NCBI GenBank assembly: GCA_044892505.1 | Contig: CM097882.1 | Location: 183,520,001-183,584,000, forward strand | Reading direction: 5' to 3' | Length of the DNA: 64,000 nucleotides | DNA from: Schmidtea nova | Taxonomy: Eukaryota | Shown: positions 23,853 to 36,392 of the stretch, piece by piece | Layout of the letters: every line of letters starts with the position of its first letter | How positions within the stretch are numbered: position 1 is the stretch's first letter | Notes under the pieces: generated by a model | Told to the model about the DNA's origin: nothing | The model's input: only the letters and a program-made list of their open reading frames with translations | Database searches by the model: none | Position numbers and translations under genes: made by a program

Positions 23853-26800
23853 TTAATTTGAATTGAGAACTGGATCTGAAACTGGAACACCAACCTGATC
23901 TTTTGATTGGTCTATAAACGAGCCACATCCCTTATAATATCCGTATGCAAGACTTTCATTTTTATCAACCCAAAGTCTTTTATCATCAAGATTAGTCAAG
24001 GCAATTTTCGAAAACTTATTAGTAAAAATTTGATGATTTTTACTCACAAATCGAGACTGCTCTACTGAAACTATAGTATTATTTCTATAACAATCAAGAT
24101 AAGACCGATGCTTCAGTTTAGTATCTTTCAAACAGAGGCCTTTAGCCTTTAAACATTCCTTATCACCTAAAAGACTATAACATTTAGGTCTAAGAAAAAC
24201 CCATTCCTTATATTTATGACCCTTATTTTCGTCTTTAAACTTTCCTATAACCGAATCAAGTTTTTTCGAATATAAAGAATGACTAGGGTCGTAATTCGAT
24301 GTATCCAAAAGACAATCTCTTATCATGGCCGGTAAAAGAATATCTAACCTACAATTTCTAATCTCCAAGAAGAAAGAATCGGTGTCACCAGCAACGATGT
24401 TAATTTCGCAGTTGAATTCATTACGATATTTTTGTAACTCTTCATACTGCAGCTGGTACATCCTAAGTTTAGATAAATCCAGTACAGTTTGGCCAATGTA
24501 GCTGGGTCTATCTAAACACACAGAGTCCTTATTAAGCAAGACAGAAATTAGGTCATCGTCAATTCTATAAGTTTTTCTAAAGGTAGGTTTTGAAGTATAT
24601 GTAATCAGTTTTGATGCTGAATTACATAGTCGTAAATTAAGTCGTTTTTTAAGATTTTCAACCGTTTTCCCATAAAGACTATTATTCTAGAGTTTGTAAT
24701 AGTTTTTATCTAAAGCTGTAGAAGATGCTGCCCTAAGTTCAGTGTTTGTATCTATATATTTTTTAAAAATGGGTTTCTGATTGTACTGAACAGCCCGATG
24801 AACTCGTGTTATTTTAACACCCAAAGAAACAAAAAGCTTGAGAAGCCTCCAATGAACAACATAGTTGAACTTTGGATAATGCGTCAGCATTAACTTCTCA
24901 ACTTTTGAACCCGGAGCACACATTTTCTCTGCCGCTACTGGAAAGTCATTTAATTTATCGTGAATTTCTGAAGGGATTTCAAGATCCACTTCAAAAGTCA
25001 CGCCATAAGTCAAAATAGCCAAATCAACATCCATTAATTTAATTAATTTATTTAATTTATTTTGATCTGTGATCCAACTAAATTTACCGTAAGGTAAGTT
25101 TTGACTTAAAGCCCACCCGTATAAATTATTTATGTCAATATATAAAAGTTCAGTCGTTTCGGAGGATACTACATGATGCTTGTTGACAAATGTCAAACCA
25201 CCACGGATCCCCCCTTCGAAAAAATTATAAATCTCCATATCCTGGAGCAATTCAATAGGTTCATCGAAGGTAATAAGCGCTGAAGCCCACGACATACCTG
25301 GAATACCCAAGAAATTCAAAGGCTCAAGTCTATTGTGAGCTATAGATTTAGCCCTAAACTGTTGAAAGAAATCAGCAAGAAGAAAAACATCCAGTTTAAG
25401 GTAGACCATCATATAGTCACAAAGAGTTTGACACTGGGTTTCCCTCCAAATAACTAATGCCTTGTCGTATTCAGCCTGCTTAACACCTTTCCAGATTGGT
25501 GGCAACTCATAAGTGTTGTTAAGAATTTCTAAAGATGTTGCAAAATCATAAGGAAAAATACCCTTACAGTCAACAATAGTCCCGGTGAATTCAGATCTAG
25601 TCAAAGGCAAACAAGTAAGAGTCTTAACAGCGTCATTTAAGCTAGAATTTACAAACTGACAAGAATCGATGAATTTAATGGTTAAATCACCGACCCTTGC
25701 TGATAAAGTTAAGAATTTTTCACTGGTTGTAGGAATACAAGAAATTTTCCAAGTTTTGAAATTAGCCAAACCATATTTAAGAATATGATGCAAGTCATAA
25801 CCCTTTAAATTATGAAAAATAACGGGTAAAAACTTGTATAACCGACGGGATTGATTACAAGAATTACAAGCAGCTCCCAAGAATTCACCAGTGTAATGAT
25901 CATGGTCTCTGACTGGTTGTACTAAAGTTTTCCTACAAAGATAACAAATAGTAGCAGAGTCAAAAGATTGTTGATTAGCCGATGTCATAAAAAGAGGTTT
26001 CTTGTAATTAGTTCTATAAAAGGGATAAACAATAGTTTCAGAAATATTACTAATTTCAGTAAGAAAATTAGTAACGCAATCAAGACCTAAGAAACTCTTG
26101 TAAATCTTTTCTCCAGTAAAGTAATTTACAAGTAAAAGACCGGCAGATATTGGGACATGTCTTTGAAAGTACTTATCATCAGCAGGTAAGATTGCCTCAA
26201 AATCGGCGTAAACAACAAAAGGTGGGGTAATTGTTTTGCCCCAATTACTAAATTGTAAATCTTTATTTCTAGGCAGAGTATAAAGAGTTGTGCCTAATTG
26301 ATTTTTAGCACACAACTGTTGATGACAATCGAATGCTTCCTGTTTTCGAAATCCATTCAAGCATCGATGACACCATATACTTTGTACGCGAGCTACAGAA
26401 AGAGATCTATTGTCGTAATTTAAAAGCTTATCAAGATCGGTGACTGCAATATAATGATATGCATCACAACTTTCCAACAAAATCAAGTTAATAGGAGTAC
26501 CGTCAATAACTTTCGACCTATGAATTATATCGACACAAGGATGTTTAAAAACTTCAGGGTCTTCCAAGGTATCAAGAAGAGCATCTTCATCATAAGATAA
26601 AACATTAATAGCAAGTCCAGGATTTTTAGCCTCAAATTTTGGAATATTACAGAGTCTCATGGGCATTTCTGAAGGGTCAAAGACAAGATCCGAAAGATTA
26701 TAATTACTTGTCCTATATCTGTGTCCATCTACATCATCATATTTCAAAATAGCTAAAATGCTATAAATAAAACACAAGTCGTCAGAATTTCTTACATTTA

Positions 26801-27572
26801 CTGTACAATATTTTAACTGTAAGGATTGAGGGGTTTGAATGTGACTACGTCCACTCAATCGAGATATTTGAGCAAATTTAGTTACAACGAAATGGATTTC
26901 ATTAACTTTGTTAATAACCCAATTACTCCCTTTATCGTTAATTAATGCTATTTTTTCATTTAAAAGAGCAATACCCTCGTCAAAAAAGGTATCACTCATA
27001 GGTCTCGCAGAATTTGAAATGATGAAGGATTGAAATTCTCCATCTTTTTCAAACTCTACGTCAATACAAAATTGTATTTTCACTGAACCCATCTCATTAA
27101 TAACATTATTTAGTTTATTAATTAAAATATCAGGTAAAATTAAAGTTTTCAAAACCAAGTGAGAAACATCCATTTTTACAACAGCGTGAGATTTTCTCAA
27201 ATCAAATTTAACGTTAGGAAGAAGGGACCCACCATATTGAACATCTATGGTGTTAATGTCATTATTAAAACTTGTGTCAGAGTCGGAAAGAATTTTCATA
27301 TCGGATATTACCTCGTCAACTATATTACTTAATTTTCTAACTTTTGTAGGTAGTGGATTATCGATAAGGATTTTTCTTTTATTATTAATAACATTGATAT
27401 CACTATTATCTATTGTTAAATTAAAAATGGATTTTTTCGAAGATCTAAATTTCCTTAAATGATCCTTATGGTCATCATAAAAGTTCAAAAAAGTAGAATT
27501 TTGAGTGGTCTTACATACGGGACATATAAAAAACGTGACTCCTTTATACGAATATCGGTAATATTTTACCAT
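23853..27572 (-). pseudogene. polB: Protein-primed B-family DNA polymerase, left arm (1239 codons, one internal stop)
   Basis: Exo I VYADFE, endonuclease-VII-like insert CYLC...RDHDHYTG...ACNSCN, Exo II FHNLKGYD, motif A IDINNLYG, motif B KL*NNSLYGKT (TAG at 24687-24689), motif C AGDTDS, RPKCYS. Confidence 0.95.
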
Positions 27573-30356
27573 TATTTCAATACATTTATTGTCATGAATT
27601 GATGATCGGCAAAAATTCGGAAAAAGTTTACCTTAAATATAAAAAATAATTAAAAATATGAAAAATAAATGACAAGTATTTTAATATTAAAATTAATGTC
27701 ATTATACAATAATTAATTAATAATTACAATAATAAAAATTTAATTAAATAATTTTAATATTATGAAAAATAATATTAATTAATTTCAATTATTATATTCT
27801 TAATTATAATTGTTTTAATAATAAGTTTTACTCAAAGATGTGAAATTTAAATTATTTACAAGTAATTTAAAAATATTAATTTAATATAATAATTTTCATA
27901 TAGAACATATTATTTGCTATGATAGAAAATAAATTATTTATTAATAATTAATTTACAAAAACTTTAATTACTAAAACATTATTAAAAAAAAAAAATAAAT
28001 AAATAAATAAATAAAACAATAAGTAATAATAATCAATATTCAAATTAATTTTATATTCAAATTAATTAATTAATTATTATAAAAAATTAGAATAATTATA
28101 ATTAAAACTAGAATTGTTTTAATAATTAGTTATAAAATAAAAATTCTAATTCAAAAATTGTAAATAATTTTCAAAAATTAGTAAACACTACAAAACTAAT
28201 TAAAAACTAATTATTAATTTAAATAATATAGTTAATTATTTTAAGTTCTCATTAGTATTTATTAACTTATCAATGATAAATATTACAAATCTCTTTGAAT
28301 AATAAATAAAGATTATCCGTTAAATTACAAAATTGATAAAGAAAACTAATTTTATTTAAGTTTATTTACAAAGGTAATTAATTATAAATTGCAATCATTA
28401 AATAAATCGATACTTACAGTTATTTTCTTTTATCTTTTCATCGTTAAGTTTATTTTTCATTAAACTATCCATTGTTTCAGATGCTTCAACATTGTCACCA
28501 ATAACGTTGTTCATATTGTTGTCGACATCGTTGTTGTAATCATTGATCATGGTAATATCCATATTGTAGATGTTGTTGTTCATTTTATCTAAAATAAGTT
28601 GATTATTTAAAAACTTTAAAACAAAAATAACTTACCAAATTTAAATTGCAGTAAAAAGTGATTCTTAAATGAAAAACTATTGTTTATATACTAAATTCAA
28701 AAATTTTTAACCAATCAAATTCGAGGAAACATACACACACGTTTGTAAATACCACAGTGTATTTTATTTTTACAATTAAATTTTGTAAAATTATTGAACA
28801 CAATTTATTGTTATAAATATATGTCATCATTTAATGATAAATATCAATTATTTTTAAAATACAATGTAATAAATTAAGATTAATTTTAAAATTAAATTAT
28901 ACTAATAAATTATAAAAATTATTACAAGTAATTAAAATTAAATAAAAAAAAAATATTTAATTATTCGATAAATTGTAAATTAATTAAAATAAAAATTAAT
29001 TAATTAAAAGTAAACTAATTATTCACAAAGTTATTAGTTTTTACATAATGTATTACTGTAAAGAATTAGAATATAAATTGTTACAGTGAAAACACAATTA
29101 AAGTATCAATCAGCAAATAAAATCAATTATTTACAACAAAACCCATGTGTAACACGATAATTTTTAAATTTCTAATCAAACAATTTAGTGGAAAATTTAT
29201 ACATATAATGAAAACTCTAAAAAATTATTTTAAATTGTTCAAAAATATCAATAAAACATGTGTGCAACATGAAAAATGACTAATTTTTCCCTAAATTTTT
29301 TTTTGTGGGGGGGGGGGGGTAAAAAAAATTTTTAGAGGGGGAGGGGGGGTCTGTTCCTGTTCTTGGGCGCTCCCCCTACTCTACTATCAACATTTTTAAT
29401 TTTTCTTTTTTCTTTATTTGTGCCTCAAATTGAAATTATTCGTTTTTCTCGCTGTAACAATGTATAGACAGAATTTTATTCTCTACAAGATGGCCAACTT
29501 GAAAATTCAAAATGTTGTGATTTGCGAGCTGCACACGCGTTTTGTTGTTATTAATTGGTTTTCTTTGATGTTATAATAAAGATAATGAGTTTTCACATTA
29601 ACAATGTATATTCAAAATTTAATTTCCTATAAAATGGTTTAAATAAAAATATAAAATTAGTCATTTTTCATGTTGCACACATGTTTTATTGATATTTTTG
29701 AACAATTTAAAATAATTTTTTAGAGTTTACATTATATGTATAAATTTTCCACTAAATTGTTTGATTAGAAATTTAAAAATTATCGTGTTACACATGGGTT
29801 TTGTTGTAAATAATTGATTTTATTTGCTGATTGATACTTTAATTGTGTTTTCACTGTAACAATTTATATTCTAATTCTTTACAGTAATACATTATGTAAA
29901 AACTAATAACTTTGTGAATAATTAGTTTACTTTTAATTAATTAATTTTTATTTTAATTAATTTACAATTTATCGAATAATTAAATATTTTTTTTTTATTT
30001 AATTTTAATTACTTGTAATAATTTTTATAATTTATTAGTATAATTTAATTTTAAAATTAATCTTAATTTATTACATTGTATTTTAAAAATAATTGATATT
30101 TATCATTAAATGATGACATATATTTATAACAATAAATTGTGTTCAATAATTTTACAAAATTTAATTGTAAAAATAAAATACACTGTGGTATTTACAAACG
30201 TGTGTGTATGTTTCCTCGAATTTGATTGGTTAAAAATTTTTGAATTTAGTATATAAACAATAGTTTTTCATTTAAGAATCACTTTTTACTGCAATTTAAA
30301 TTTGGTAAGTTATTTTTGTTTTAAAGTTTTTAAATAATCAACTTATTTTAGATAAA

Positions 30357-30522
30357 ATGAACAACAACATCTACAATATGGATATTACCATGATCAATGA
30401 TTACAACAACGATGTCGACAACAATATGAACAACGTTATTGGTGACAATGTTGAAGCATCTGAAACAATGGATAGTTTAATGAAAAATAAACTTAACGAT
30501 GAAAAGATAAAAGAAAATAACT
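30357..30522 (+). CDS. Probable upstream coding exon of PolB (mirror 28418-28583 on -)
   Basis: Flanked by a 47-nt GT-AG intron (30305-30351) and donor T|GTAAGT at 30523; acceptor TTAAG| at 31308 restores the PolB frame. Confidence 0.5.
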
Positions 30523-31367
30523 GTAAGTATCGATTTATTTAATGATTGCAATTTATAATTAATTACCTTTGTAAATAAACTTAAATAAAATTAGTTTTCT
30601 TTATCAATTTTGTAATTTAACGGATAATCTTTATTTATTATTCAAAGAGATTTGTAATATTTATCATTGATAAGTTAATAAATACTAATGAGAACTTAAA
30701 ATAATTAACTATATTATTTAAATTAATAATTAGTTTTTAATTAGTTTTGTAGTGTTTACTAATTTTTGAAAATTATTTACAATTTTTGAATTAGAATTTT
30801 TATTTTATAACTAATTATTAAAACAATTCTAGTTTTAATTATAATTATTCTAATTTTTTATAATAATTAATTAATTAATTTGAATATAAAATTAATTTGA
30901 ATATTGATTATTATTACTTATTGTTTTATTTATTTATTTATTTATTTTTTTTTTTTAATAATGTTTTAGTAATTAAAGTTTTTGTAAATTAATTATTAAT
31001 AAATAATTTATTTTCTATCATAGCAAATAATATGTTCTATATGAAAATTATTATATTAAATTAATATTTTTAAATTACTTGTAAATAATTTAAATTTCAC
31101 ATCTTTGAGTAAAACTTATTATTAAAACAATTATAATTAAGAATATAATAATTGAAATTAATTAATATTATTTTTCATAATATTAAAATTATTTAATTAA
31201 ATTTTTATTATTGTAATTATTAATTAATTATTGTATAATGACATTAATTTTAATATTAAAATACTTGTCATTTATTTTTCATATTTTTAATTATTTTTTA
31301 TATTTAAGGTAAACTTTTTCCGAATTTTTGCCGATCATCAATTCATGACAATAAATGTATTGAAATA

Positions 31368-34300
31368 ATGGTAAAATATTACCGATATTCGTATAAAGGA
31401 GTCACGTTTTTTATATGTCCCGTATGTAAGACCACTCAAAATTCTACTTTTTTGAACTTTTATGATGACCATAAGGATCATTTAAGGAAATTTAGATCTT
31501 CGAAAAAATCCATTTTTAATTTAACAATAGATAATAGTGATATCAATGTTATTAATAATAAAAGAAAAATCCTTATCGATAATCCACTACCTACAAAAGT
31601 TAGAAAATTAAGTAATATAGTTGACGAGGTAATATCCGATATGAAAATTCTTTCCGACTCTGACACAAGTTTTAATAATGACATTAACACCATAGATGTT
31701 CAATATGGTGGGTCCCTTCTTCCTAACGTTAAATTTGATTTGAGAAAATCTCACGCTGTTGTAAAAATGGATGTTTCTCACTTGGTTTTGAAAACTTTAA
31801 TTTTACCTGATATTTTAATTAATAAACTAAATAATGTTATTAATGAGATGGGTTCAGTGAAAATACAATTTTGTATTGACGTAGAGTTTGAAAAAGATGG
31901 AGAATTTCAATCCTTCATCATTTCAAATTCTGCGAGACCTATGAGTGATACCTTTTTTGACGAGGGTATTGCTCTTTTAAATGAAAAAATAGCATTAATT
32001 AACGATAAAGGGAGTAATTGGGTTATTAACAAAGTTAATGAAATCCATTTCGTTGTAACTAAATTTGCTCAAATATCTCGATTGAGTGGACGTAGTCACA
32101 TTCAAACCCCTCAATCCTTACAGTTAAAATATTGTACAGTAAATGTAAGAAATTCTGACGACTTGTGTTTTATTTATAGCATTTTAGCTATTTTGAAATA
32201 TGATGATGTAGATGGACACAGATATAGGACAAGTAATTATAATCTTTCGGATCTTGTCTTTGACCCTTCAGAAATGCCCATGAGACTCTGTAATATTCCA
32301 AAATTTGAGGCTAAAAATCCCGGACTTGCTATTAATGTTTTATCTTATGATGAAGATGCTCTTCTTGATACCTTGGAAGACCCTGAAGTTTTTAAACATC
32401 CTTGTGTCGATATAATTCATAGGTCGAAAGTTATTGACGGTACTCCTATTAACTTGATTTTGTTGGAAAGTTGTGATGCATATCATTATATTGCAGTCAC
32501 CGATCTTGATAAGCTTTTAAATTACGACAATAGATCTCTTTCTGTAGCTCGCGTACAAAGTATATGGTGTCATCGATGCTTGAATGGATTTCGAAAACAG
32601 GAAGCATTCGATTGTCATCAACAGTTGTGTGCTAAAAATCAATTAGGCACAACTCTTTATACTCTGCCTAGAAATAAAGATTTACAATTTAGTAATTGGG
32701 GCAAAACAATTACCCCACCTTTTGTTGTTTACGCCGATTTTGAGGCAATCTTACCTGCTGATGATAAGTACTTTCAAAGACATGTCCCAATATCTGCCGG
32801 TCTTTTACTTGTAAATTACTTTACTGGAGAAAAGATTTACAAGAGTTTCTTAGGTCTTGATTGCGTTACTAATTTTCTTACTGAAATTAGTAATATTTCT
32901 GAAACTATTGTTTATCCCTTTTATAGAACTAATTACAAGAAACCTCTTTTTATGACATCGGCTAATCAACAATCTTTTGACTCTGCTACTATTTGTTATC
33001 TTTGTAGGAAAACTTTAGTACAACCAGTCAGAGACCATGATCATTACACTGGTGAATTCTTGGGAGCTGCTTGTAATTCTTGTAATCAATCCCGTCGGTT
33101 ATACAAGTTTTTACCCGTTATTTTTCATAATTTAAAGGGTTATGACTTGCATCATATTCTTAAATATGGTTTGGCTAATTTCAAAACTTGGAAAATTTCT
33201 TGTATTCCTACAACCAGTGAAAAATTCTTAACTTTATCAGCAAGGGTCGGTGATTTAACCATTAAATTCATCGATTCTTGTCAGTTTGTAAATTCTAGCT
33301 TAAATGACGCTGTTAAGACTCTTACTTGTTTGCCTTTGACTAGATCTGAATTCACCGGGACTATTGTTGACTGTAAGGGTATTTTTCCTTATGATTTTGC
33401 AACATCTTTAGAAATTCTTAACAACACTTATGAGTTGCCACCAATCTGGAAAGGTGTTAAGCAGGCTGAATACGACAAGGCATTAGTTATTTGGAGGGAA
33501 ACCCAGTGTCAAACTCTTTGTGACTATATGATGGTCTACCTTAAACTGGATGTTTTTCTTCTTGCTGATTTTTTTCAACAGTTTAGGGCTAAATCTATAG
33601 CTCACAATAGACTTGAGCCTTTGAATTTCTTGGGTATTCCAGGTATGTCGTGGGCTTCAGCGCTTATTACCTTCGATGAACCTATTGAATTGCTCCAGGA
33701 TATGGAGATTTATAATTTTTTCGAAGGGGGGATCCGTGGTGGTTTGACATTTGTCAACAAGCATCATGTAGTATCCTCCGAAACGACTGAACTTTTATAT
33801 ATTGACATAAATAATTTATACAGGTGGGCTTTAAGTCAAAACTTACCTTACGGTAAATTTAGTTGGATCACAGATCAAAATAAATTAAATTAATTAATTA
33901 AATTAATGGATGTTGATTTGGCTATTTTGACTTATGGCGTGACTTTTGAAGTGGATCTTGAAATCCCTTCAGAAATTCACGATAAATTAAATGACTTTCC
34001 AGTAGCGGCAGAGAAAATGTGTGCTCCGGGTTCAAAAGTTGAGAAGTTAATGCTGACGCATTATCCAAAGTTCAACTATGTTGTTCATTGGAGGCTTCTC
34101 AAGCTTTTTGTTTCTTTGGGTGTTAAAATAACACGAGTTCATCGGGCTGTTCAGTACAATCAGAAACCCATTTTTAAAAAATATATAGATACAAACACTG
34201 AACTTAGGGCAGCATCTTCTACAGCTTTAGATAAAAACTATTACAAACTCTAGAATAATAGTCTTTATGGGAAAACGGTTGAAAATCTTAAAAAACGACT

Positions 34301-35087
34301 TAATTTACGACTATGTAATTCAGCATCAAAACTGATTACATATACTTCAAAACCTACCTTTAGAAAAACTTATAGAATTGACGATGACCTAATTTCTGTC
34401 TTGCTTAATAAGGACTCTGTGTGTTTAGATAGACCCAGCTACATTGGCCAAACTGTACTGGATTTATCTAAACTTAGGATGTACCAGCTGCAGTATGAAG
34501 AGTTACAAAAATATCGTAATGAATTCAACTGCGAAATTAACATCGTTGCTGGTGACACCGATTCTTTCTTCTTGGAGATTAGAAATTGTAGGTTAGATAT
34601 TCTTTTACCGGCCATGATAAGAGATTGTCTTTTGGATACATCGAATTACGACCCTAGTCATTCTTTATATTCGAAAAAACTTGATTCGGTTATAGGAAAG
34701 TTTAAAGACGAAAATAAGGGTCATAAATATAAGGAATGGGTTTTTCTTAGACCTAAATGTTATAGTCTTTTAGGTGATAAGGAATGTTTAAAGGCTAAAG
34801 GCCTCTGTTTGAAAGATACTAAACTGAAGCATCGGTCTTATCTTGATTGTTATAGAAATAATACTATAGTTTCAGTAGAGCAGTCTCGATTTGTGAGTAA
34901 AAATCATCAAATTTTTACTAATAAGTTTTCGAAAATTGCCTTGACTAATCTTGATGATAAAAGACTTTGGGTTGATAAAAATGAAAGTCTTGCATACGGA
35001 TATTATAAGGGATGTGGCTCGTTTATAGACCAATCAAAAGATCAGGTTGGTGTTCCAGTTTCAGATCCAGCTCTCAATTCAAATTAA
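31368..35087 (+). pseudogene. polB: Protein-primed PolB, right arm (two internal stops)
   Basis: Mirror of the left copy; shared TAG at 34251-34253, private TAA at 33891-33893, G>R at 33822, V>A near the C-terminus. Confidence 0.95.
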
Positions 35088-35718
35088 ATATCCAATTCAG
35101 ATTTGTATTGAATAAAACTTTGTTAAAAAATAATTGGTTTCATTATATTTAGTTTTATATTTCTTTAGTTTATTATGTTTAATTATTTTTAAAGTTTTAT
35201 GTATTGACAAGATTTCAAACGGTTTTATTGTTCAGGGTTTTCATTTTTTTTTTGTGTCAATATTTTTATTTAATGTAAAAATAATTGTTTCTGTTTACAA
35301 ATATTATTAAATTTCATCTGCTCTTGTAGAATCGTCTTTAAAATTTCGACTATTGTCACAATTCTCGCATTCATTTCATCCGTTTTCAAAGTTCTCATAT
35401 TCGATTTTCTAAAGATCATTTTACAAAAATTATATAATATATCAAAAATTATCAATTAATAAAAAACTACTCGAAATGTTAGTCAGTACATTAAAACAAA
35501 AACGTCGTTCGATTAAGTAAAAACATGTTATCGAGTGTGTTACGGGTAATAATTAATGTGTTGTATGTTTTGATGTTACCAACAGTAGTCACTGCCGTTA
35601 CACAATGGCGTATTTACCTTAGCAACAGGTTCCAAGGAGACAATACTTTAATGTGTGTGTCTACTCTAGCAAAAGGTTCCTCGATGATTATATATTGATA
35701 TGTGTTTACCCTGGCAAC

Positions 35719-36290
35719 AGGTTCCTCGGGGATTATATATTGTTGTGTGTATTTTCCTTGACATCATCTTCCTCGGGGACTATATATTGCTGTGTGTAGT
35801 TACCTTAACTACATCTATCAGTAAGAATTATATATTGATGTGTATGTATGTATGTTTACCCAGACAACAAGGTCCTCAGGGAAGTCACCCTATTGTGTGT
35901 ATTTACCCTGGAAACAGTTTCCTCGAAGAAAATACATTGGTGTGTGTTTACCTTAGCAACATATTTCACTAGGACTATAAATTGATATATGTGTGTGTAA
36001 TTACCCTGGCAACAGGTTCCTCGGGGATTATATATTGTTGTGTGTATTTTCGTTGACATCATCTTCCTCAAGGACTATATATTGCTGTGTGTAGTTACCT
36101 TAACTACATCTATCAGTAAGAATTATATATTGATGTGTATGTATGTATGTTTACCCAGGCAACAAGGTCCTCAGGGAAGTCACCCTGGAAACAGTTTCCT
36201 CGAAGAAAATACATTGGTGTGTGTTTACCTTAGCAACATATTTCACTAGGACTATAAATTGATATATGTGTCTGTAATTACCCTGGCAAC
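35719..36290. repeat. 295-bp tandem duplication (second copy with an 18-bp deletion) in the right TIR only
   Basis: AGGTTCCTCGGGG at 35719 and 36014; the net +277 bp explains the arm-length difference (59217-58940). Confidence 0.85.
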
Positions 36291-36392
36291 GTGTTCTTCG
36301 ATGATTATATAATGATGTATGTGTAATAACCTTAGCAACCGTTGCTATGTGAAAAAAGTGGCTCCGTAACCTCACTATCCCCTACTGTCATG

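Larger units (their letters stand above)
22831..36386. mobile_element. Palindromic non-autonomous Maverick/Polinton derivative (13556 bp)
   Basis: Ends AGTAGGGGATAGTGAGG / CCTCACTATCCCCTACT; 6-bp TSD GTCATG at 22825-22830 and 36387-36392; arms 22831-29287 and 29653-36386 mirror each other (coordinates sum to 58940); 365-bp spacer; only PolB retained. Confidence 0.95.

Noticed and set aside
22831-36386. PolB functionally replacing the missing RT
   Set aside because: The insert has its own TSD, disrupts the polyprotein and both polB copies carry stops; it is a secondary insertion.
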